From the NCBI GenBank assembly GCA_027460535.1, contig JAPZAR010000036.1:60001-92000 (forward strand): a stretch of DNA of 32,000 nt, written 5' to 3'. Shown piece by piece: positions 25,962-32,000 of the stretch; the stretch's first letter is position 1; the number at the start of each line of letters is the position of its first letter. Source of the DNA: Candidatus Methanoperedens sp. GTDB taxonomy: Archaea; Halobacteriota; Methanosarcinia; Methanosarcinales; Methanoperedenaceae. Below the pieces are notes generated by a model. It was not told where the DNA came from, made no database searches, and was given only the letters and a program-made list of their open reading frames with translations. The position numbers and the translations under genes were made by a program.

Positions 25962-26319
25962 GACGCTGCAACTCCTGCCAGATTTTTTTATCCCTGCCTG
26001 TTTTGCTCAATCTTTCTCTAAAAGCCCATACCGTTGTGTAATCAGGTACGGCTTCCAGAAAGCATAAAAACTTCCGAAAGGATATTCTGTCTGTGATCTG
26101 TCTTTCGAGTTCTGGGTCAGATAGACCATTCCATTCCTGTAAAACCAGGATTTTTATCATTACCACCTCATCAATGTTTGGTCGTCCACCCTGCTCGCTT
26201 TTGTTGTTACACATATCTTTCACTATCGTTCGAAAGGATTCCCAGTCAATCAATGAATCAATTTCGGCTAATTTGTCTCCTAAACGCTTTACTCTTTGGT
26301 ATCTTCCTGGAATGAAAAA
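25945..26319 (-). mobile_element. IS5-family transposase remnant: only the N-terminal InsH-like domain, with no start codon and no DDE domain
   Basis: KRLGDKLAEIDSLIDWESFRTIVKDMCNNKSEQGGRPNIDEVVMIKILVLQEWNGLSDPELERQITDRISFRKFLCFLEAVPDYTTVWAFRERL. The frame is bounded by TGA 26322..26320 with no ATG. The C-terminal residues CPA* are read out of the tig fragment. Confidence 0.65.
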
Positions 26320-26450
26320 TCAATAAACTATGCCATAGTATCTAAATATAGTTATTATGTAGTAAATGTTCCGATTTTAGCTGGTGGGTTTTTCAAAATT
26401 CTCAGTATTAATTCCGCAACCTTTAATTGGTGATTTTATAATCAGGACTT

Positions 26451-27059
26451 ATGATCGCTGAACTGTTATCTGATTATATCACGGCATTTATCTCTTCGAT
26501 CGGGTACTGGGGCGTGTTTATCCTCATGATGCTTGAGAGTGCGGCATTGCCTGTGCCTTCCGAAGTGGTGATGCCTTTTGCCGGTTACCTTTCATACCTT
26601 GGTACATTCAATCTGGTCCTCATAAGTTTTGTGGGAGCCGCGGGCTGTGCTGCAGGTTCTGTGCTTTCCTATCTCGTGGGATTGAAAGGAGGCAGACCAT
26701 TTCTTGAAAGATATGGAAAATATTTTTTCTTTGAGCATAAATACTTGGATCTTGCAGAAAAATGGTTCTATAGGTACGGCGACAAAGCGGTTTTTTTCTC
26801 GCGGCTCTTACCCGTGATACGCACTTTCATATCTTTTCCTGCCGGCATCGGGAAATATAATTTCAAGAAGCTTGTCGCATTCAGCTTTATCGGCTCCCTG
26901 CCCTGGTGTTTTGCGCTGGCGTATGCAGGCTACAGGCTTGGCCCCTACTGGAAAGACATCATAAAATTTTTCAACGGTCTGGATATCGTTATAATCGTGG
27001 CTTTTGTTATATTGGCGGTCTATTTCTGGAAGTTCAAGAAATCGCTGATTTCTGATTAA
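26451..27059 (+). CDS. dedA: DedA-family membrane protein
   Basis: GYWGVFILMMLESAALPVPSEVVMPFAGYL and SRLLPVIRTFISFPAG. Confidence 0.85.
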   Translation: MIAELLSDYITAFISSIGYWGVFILMMLESAALPVPSEVVMPFAGYLSYLGTFNLVLISFVGAAGCAAGSVLSYLVGLKGGRPFLERYGKYFFFEHKYLDLAEKWFYRYGDKAVFFSRLLPVIRTFISFPAGIGKYNFKKLVAFSFIGSLPWCFALAYAGYRLGPYWKDIIKFFNGLDIVIIVAFVILAVYFWKFKKSLISD

Positions 27060-27084
27060 CAGCGAGAATGGATCAAGAACTCAT

Positions 27085-28818
27085 TCAGATTCTTTTGAAC
27101 ATCTTATCCAGTTCCTGCCTGCCAAAGGACACCATTGTGGGCCTTCCGTGCGGGCATGTATAGGGGTTCTCCGTGGAAAAAAGCTGCTTGATAAGGTTCT
27201 CCATCTGTTCGGTAGAACATGATGCACCTGCCTTAATAGCGCCCCTGCATGCCATACTTTTCGTGACACGTTCAAAAAACCCGGTTTCGCCTTTTATTTT
27301 TCCTTCAGAAAGTATATCGGATATTATGTCATGTATCAGGGAAGGGTCCTCAAGCCTTCCAAGAACATCCGGGACAGCAGTGACGGCAAATGCATCAGGC
27401 CCGAACTCCGAAATCCTGAAACCGAATTCCTCAAGGAAAGGAATGCATTCTTTCATCAGTACCTTCTCCCTGGAATCCAGTTCCAGATTAATGGGAACAA
27501 TAAGCTCCTGAGAATCGGCGCGCTTGGAGTCCCTAACCTGTTCAAAAAGTACTCGCTCATGGGCAGCATGCTGATCGATTATCATTAATCCGTCTTTTGT
27601 TTCTGCGATAACATAAACAGCGTCAACCTGTCCGAGAACCTTAACTTTCGGCATCTCGCCTGCCTTGATATCTTCTTCGAATGTATTCCGCTCGGTTTGT
27701 CGAAGCCTTTTTTCCGTATCTCTTGAGGGTACTCTGAATCCTGAATCAGTTTCTCTGACAGCCGTCCGGATTTCCGGGGGGATCTCATAAAATGAAGTCT
27801 GTGCTGTCGCGATATTCCCATCGGGAATGAGGTTCTGGTTTGAAAGAGCGCACCTTACGGCTTCTGTCACGGCCTCCGCGATCTCCCTTTCATGGCTCAG
27901 GCGAACCTGGTTCTTTGCTGGATGCACATTGACATCCACTTCTCCCGTATCCACGGATATTTTAAGGACCGCCATTGGAAAGCGTCCTTTTGGAATAAGT
28001 GTTCCATATCCATCCCGAAGCGCATAGCTTATCGCCCTTGAACTCACGCTCCTGTTATTGATGAAAAAAGATTGATGATCGATGCTTCCCCGCGTGACAG
28101 CAGGTTTTGATACAAAACCCGTCACCCTGGCAAACCTGGAGCTTGAATCTACAGGAAGCATCGATCTTGCGGCTTCCTGGCCGTAGATATGAATTATGGT
28201 ATCATAGAGCTCTGAGGCCGGCGAGCGCAGTATTTCATTCCCGTTATGGAGAAGCGTAAAAGAGATATCGTTGTGACCAAGTGCATTTTTCGTTACAACC
28301 TCGATTATATGGGCAAGTTCTGTGCTGTCCGATTTCATATATTTTCTCCTGGCCGGTGTATTGTAAAAAAGTTCTTCGACAGTTACAACCGTGCCTTCGG
28401 CCGCACCTGTATCGTTTATTCCTATCAGTTTCCCTCCGTGAATGCTGATCTTTGTGCCTGCCAGTTCCTCTTTTGTTTTCGTGATAATTTCCACTTTTGC
28501 CACCGCTGTCATGGAGGATAGCGCTTCCCCCCGAAATCCCATTGTCATCACATTTTCAAGATCGTCAATTTTCTGTATCTTGCTCGTGGAATGTTTAACG
28601 AAAGAGAGTGCAGCATCATCCCTGCTCATCCCGCATCCGTTGTCGCTGACGCGTATCATTTTCTTTCCCCCTTTCATCACATCGATCCTGATATCTGTAG
28701 CCCCCGCGTCTATTGAATTTTCGACGAGCTCTTTGACAACCGATGCCGGTCGCTCTATTACTTCCCCGGCTGCTATCTTATTTATTGTGGCTTCATCGAG
28801 GATGTGGATTTTTCCCAT
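27085..28818 (-). CDS. mutL: DNA mismatch repair protein MutL, endonuclease-type
   Basis: INKIAAGEVIERPASVVKELVENSIDAGAT at the N-terminus. The C-terminal motifs are DQHAAHERVLFE, SMACRGAIKAG and CPHGRPT. Confidence 0.95.
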   Translation of the reverse strand: MGKIHILDEATINKIAAGEVIERPASVVKELVENSIDAGATDIRIDVMKGGKKMIRVSDNGCGMSRDDAALSFVKHSTSKIQKIDDLENVMTMGFRGEALSSMTAVAKVEIITKTKEELAGTKISIHGGKLIGINDTGAAEGTVVTVEELFYNTPARRKYMKSDSTELAHIIEVVTKNALGHNDISFTLLHNGNEILRSPASELYDTIIHIYGQEAARSMLPVDSSSRFARVTGFVSKPAVTRGSIDHQSFFINNRSVSSRAISYALRDGYGTLIPKGRFPMAVLKISVDTGEVDVNVHPAKNQVRLSHEREIAEAVTEAVRCALSNQNLIPDGNIATAQTSFYEIPPEIRTAVRETDSGFRVPSRDTEKRLRQTERNTFEEDIKAGEMPKVKVLGQVDAVYVIAETKDGLMIIDQHAAHERVLFEQVRDSKRADSQELIVPINLELDSREKVLMKECIPFLEEFGFRISEFGPDAFAVTAVPDVLGRLEDPSLIHDIISDILSEGKIKGETGFFERVTKSMACRGAIKAGASCSTEQMENLIKQLFSTENPYTCPHGRPTMVSFGRQELDKMFKRI

Positions 28819-28880
28819 GATGCAGACCGATACATTATATGATTTGCTTCATCATTGAGTTCGGAAAAAGGTACAGTAAA

Positions 28881-29522
28881 TCAGTCCTGGTTTAAACTTA
28901 GAAACTGGGGCGGTATCTCCTCTGAAAGCACAATATTTTCCGTAGCTGACAGCATTGAAACCCCATTTTCCTGCGCCTCTTTCGCATTGATTATAATCAT
29001 TACCGGGTCATCTGTGTGGATCCTTGCCACTTCCAGAGCTTTATCGATCGATGTACTGAGATGGACATATCTCTGTTTCATCGGCTTTATCCCTTTTTCA
29101 AGCAGAATATCGACTTCCTCGCGGCTTGCCCCATAATAAAGTTTGGGCAGCGCGTTTTCAGTGTAATCAAGGTCAACATCAACCGAGTGGCCGTACCTTG
29201 CCCTGATCTTCCTTCCCAATATTTCGTATCTCCCCTTTTCATCAGATTCGATTATCGAATAAAGTTTTTCCTTGTTGGACCATTTGTAACGCGTCCGCAT
29301 GGCGTCACAAAGCACGTCCACATCCACCCACCCGTGCTGGTTCATAGCGAGCCCCAGGTCGTCGGGGAAATGCCTGAGTGCCCCGGAGATGAACCGCCCC
29401 AGTCGCTCGGTCTGTCCGTCATCCAGCATGAGGGTTCCGACCTCGCCGCAGTGGCATACATCTCCCCTGAAATATCCATGATTCGGGCATTTTTTAATCA
29501 TTTCACTGCTTATATGAATCAT
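28881..29522 (-). CDS. kptA: RNA 2'-phosphotransferase (Tpt1/KptA) with an N-terminal Cys/His segment
   Basis: RLGRFISGALRHFPDDLGLAMNQHGWVDV, RARYGHS and VHLSTS. N-terminal CPNHGYFRGDVCHCG. Confidence 0.9.
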   Translation of the reverse strand: MIHISSEMIKKCPNHGYFRGDVCHCGEVGTLMLDDGQTERLGRFISGALRHFPDDLGLAMNQHGWVDVDVLCDAMRTRYKWSNKEKLYSIIESDEKGRYEILGRKIRARYGHSVDVDLDYTENALPKLYYGASREEVDILLEKGIKPMKQRYVHLSTSIDKALEVARIHTDDPVMIIINAKEAQENGVSMLSATENIVLSEEIPPQFLSLNQD

Positions 29523-29601
29523 CCTGTTATAAAATTTACCAACACCACAATGTTAATTTACTATACAAACAAAATAATCTCTTAAAGGATAAGGAAAAAT
29601 A

Positions 29602-30705
29602 ATGGAAATAACTTATAATGTGTTCGAAGTCATAGATGATATCGGCCCTGAGAAGACCATTTTTTTATATGAGCCAAAAACGCAGCTGGAAGCTATTGTC
29701 ATTATCGATAATGTGGCAGCTGGCCCTGCTATCGGCGGGGTGCGCATGGCGCCCGATGTTACGGCAACTGAAGTACGAAGGCTTTCACGCGCAATGACGT
29801 ACAAGAACGCAATGGCAAACCTTCCTCATGGGGGTGGAAAATCGGGGATAATAGCCGATCTAAAAACCGTGGATAAGGAGAAGGTGGTCAGGACATTTGC
29901 CCGCGCTATCAAAGATCTAGAGGATTACATCCCAGGGCCTGATATGGGTACTGACGAAACCAGCATGGCGTATATCCACGATGAAATCCACCGCTCGGTG
30001 GGACTTCCAAGAGAGCTTGGCGGGATACCGCTCGATGAGATCGGCACCACTGGATATGGGGTGGCGCTATGTACAGAAATGGCAAAGGATTACATCAACC
30101 TTGACCTCAATGGAGCGCGCCTGACCATTGAGGGTTTTGGAAATGTGGGAAAACCCACAGCTCGAAACCTTGCACAGAAGGGAGTAAAACTGATTGGCGT
30201 AAGCGATTCAAAAGGTACGATTTACGACCCCAAAGGACTGAATGTCGAAGAATTGATAAGGATCAAGGATTCAACCGGCTCTGTAATAAATTACAGAAAA
30301 GGGGAAGTATTGAAAACTACTGACCTCGTTACCATAAGCACCGATATCTTTGTCCCGGCGGCGAGACCTGATGTAATAACTGAAGCCAATGCCGATGTAT
30401 TGGAAGCAAAATTAGTGATCGAAGGGGCCAATATCCCAATTACGGAAAATGCTGAGAGGATGCTTCATGACAGGGGCATCCTTGTCGTGCCAGATTTCGT
30501 GGCTAATGCAGGCGGGGTTATTACTGCGTCTGTCGAATATCACGGCGGGACTGAGACGCAGGCATTTGAAAGGATAAGGAGCACCATTCCAAAGAACACA
30601 AGAGAGATCCTGGACAAAGTCTATGGGGAAAAAGTATATCCACGCGATGCTGCGCTTGCCATAGCAAAACAAAGGGTTCAGCGAGCAATGAAATACAGGG
30701 AGTGA
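29602..30705 (+). CDS. Glu/Leu/Phe/Val dehydrogenase-family protein, short form (367 aa)
   Basis: GPAIGGVRMAPDVT...MTYKNAMANLPHGGGKSGI holds the catalytic Lys region. Rossmann motif IEGFGNVG. Confidence 0.85.
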   Translation: MEITYNVFEVIDDIGPEKTIFLYEPKTQLEAIVIIDNVAAGPAIGGVRMAPDVTATEVRRLSRAMTYKNAMANLPHGGGKSGIIADLKTVDKEKVVRTFARAIKDLEDYIPGPDMGTDETSMAYIHDEIHRSVGLPRELGGIPLDEIGTTGYGVALCTEMAKDYINLDLNGARLTIEGFGNVGKPTARNLAQKGVKLIGVSDSKGTIYDPKGLNVEELIRIKDSTGSVINYRKGEVLKTTDLVTISTDIFVPAARPDVITEANADVLEAKLVIEGANIPITENAERMLHDRGILVVPDFVANAGGVITASVEYHGGTETQAFERIRSTIPKNTREILDKVYGEKVYPRDAALAIAKQRVQRAMKYRE

Positions 30706-30713
30706 ACATAGAA

Positions 30714-32000
30714 ATGCTCTCCTCGATATTTGAGCCCTCTTCAATAGCGGTGATTGGCGCATCCAGTAATATCAATAAATGGGGGGGGAGGATACTGAAA
30801 AACCTGGCCGAGAATTTCAAAGGTCCGGTGTATCCTGTGAATCTTAACGAAGAGAAAGTGCAGGGCTTGCCATCGTATCGCTCTATTCTCGACATACCCG
30901 GTGAAGTCGGGATGGCGGTGGTTGTGGTGCCTGTCCAACATGTTATCAGTGTAGCGGAAGAGTGCGGGAAGAAAGGCGTTAAAGGGCTTGTTGTCATAAC
31001 TGCAGGATTCGCGGAGACGGGAAGTGAAGGTAAGGAACTTGAAGGAAAGCTCGTGTCTGTAATAAATGATTATGGCATGAGGATGATAGGACCGAATTCG
31101 CTTGGAATCGTCAACGAGCCAATGCGCCTGAATGCAAGCATTATAGGCAGGCTGCCGCGTCCCGGTCCCATCTCTTTCATCACCCAGAGCGGAACGCTGG
31201 GCCTAGCACTTGCAGAATGGACTATCGATATGGGACTTGGGCTCTGCAAGATAATCAGCACGGGCAACAAGGCTAATGTTGATGATATCGACCTGATCGA
31301 ATACCTGGATAATGATCCCTCCACTGGTGTAATAGCGATGTACATAGAGGGGATCAATCGCGGAAAGGATTTCATGGAAGCTGCCCGGCGCATAAGAAAA
31401 CCCATAATCGCGATCAAGACAGGAAGATCAAAAAGGGGTTCAAAGGCCGTCTTTTCGCATACAGGTTCGATCGCGGGTTCGGATGAGATTTTCTCTGCTG
31501 CATTCAGGCAGGCAGGGATACTGCGGGTCGATACCATAGATGAGGTATTCGATGCAGCACTCGCATTCTCATGCCAGCCTCTTCCCAGAGGAAATAACGT
31601 AGCTATTGTTTCAAATGGTGGAGGCGCTGCTATCGTGGCTACGGATGAGTGCGAAAAGCATGGGATAAATATCGCCGACCTGACCGAAGAGACGAAAGAG
31701 CGAATAAAAAAAGCCATACCTGAATTTGCTTCCAGCTCAAATCCGATCGATACAGCAGGCACGTCCACATATGAGGTTTATACTGATGTCATAAAAGCGC
31801 TTCTCCTTGATCCTAATGTAGATGCCCTTATCGTTATTTATGTCCATACCCAGATGTCAAATGCAATGCCTCCGGCCGAGGCTGTGGTTGAGTTGAAGCG
31901 GAAATCCCCAAAACCGGTGATCTCATGCTGGATGGGTGGAGCGGGTACGGAGGAAGGGGTGGATATCCTGAAGAGCGGATGCCTGCCCAACTATTCTGTG
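30714..32000 (+). CDS. Acetyl-CoA synthetase (ADP-forming) / acetate-CoA ligase; the 3' end runs off the right edge
   Basis: Absent from the track because there is no stop in the window. MLSSIFEPSSIAVIGASSNINKWGGRILKNL..., MIGPNSLGIV, ISFITQSGTLG, AVFSHTGSIAG. The frame is open through base 32000. Confidence 0.9.
   Translation, partial: MLSSIFEPSSIAVIGASSNINKWGGRILKNLAENFKGPVYPVNLNEEKVQGLPSYRSILDIPGEVGMAVVVVPVQHVISVAEECGKKGVKGLVVITAGFAETGSEGKELEGKLVSVINDYGMRMIGPNSLGIVNEPMRLNASIIGRLPRPGPISFITQSGTLGLALAEWTIDMGLGLCKIISTGNKANVDDIDLIEYLDNDPSTGVIAMYIEGINRGKDFMEAARRIRKPIIAIKTGRSKRGSKAVFSHTGSIAGSDEIFSAAFRQAGILRVDTIDEVFDAALAFSCQPLPRGNNVAIVSNGGGAAIVATDECEKHGINIADLTEETKERIKKAIPEFASSSNPIDTAGTSTYEVYTDVIKALLLDPNVDALIVIYVHTQMSNAMPPAEAVVELKRKSPKPVISCWMGGAGTEEGVDILKSGCLPNYSV

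Noticed and set aside
29016-29585. 189-aa + strand ORF
   Set aside because: It is an antisense shadow of kptA.
30781-30788. G8 homopolymer inside the acetyl-CoA synthetase gene, as a slippage or phase-variation site
   Set aside because: The reading frame is intact across it (NKWGGRIL, part of the conserved CoA-binding N-terminus). There is no evidence of variation from a single sequence.
30521-31768. 158-aa and 232-aa minus-strand ORFs
   Set aside because: They are antisense shadows of the ADP-forming acetyl-CoA synthetase gene. That gene is missing from the track only because it runs off the window.
1-32000. Search for tRNA, rRNA, CRISPR repeats and long tandem or direct repeats
   Set aside because: I saw no T-loop-type GGTTCRAATCC motif in an intergenic context, no rRNA-like stretches and no regularly spaced repeats. 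This was a scan by eye only. tRNAscan-SE, Infernal and a CRISPR finder should confirm it.

Overview
Chromosomal window from an archaeon. It looks like a Methanosarcinales-type methanogen or methanotroph: thermosome, McrA-thioamidation-type YcaO, FwdC-like protein, cysteate synthase plus fused ComDE for coenzyme M, CbiD/CbiE, type-2 MetAP, KptA, ThpR, ADP-forming acetyl-CoA synthetase and a bacterial-type MutL. There are about 40 densely packed protein-coding genes. Many have overlapping stop/start codons, and several starts have perfect AGGAGG Shine-Dalgarno boxes 6-8 nt upstream. I found no rRNA, tRNA or CRISPR array. Most of the window is housekeeping, but five stretches deserve a second look. 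(i) A tightly coupled + strand cassette (3103-6467) includes an MNT/HEPN pair and ends in a frameshifted nitroreductase. (ii) A wHTH regulator and a small membrane ORF (17503-18142) share one reading frame across a single TAG, and both lack canonical start codons behind perfect AGGAGG boxes. (iii) A 1.1-kb ORF-poor, AT-rich spacer with hairpins and TTCATGAA palindromes lies upstream of a hybrid sensor kinase. (iv) A decayed mobile patch (about 25120-26340) holds a bacterial trigger-factor N-terminal fragment abutting an IS5-family transposase remnant. (v) An untracked small Cys-rich ORF with a perfect SD starts at 6648. I cannot point to one clearly novel system; the cassette in (i) and the locus in (ii) are the best candidates. 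All family calls come from motif recognition by eye, with no database search.
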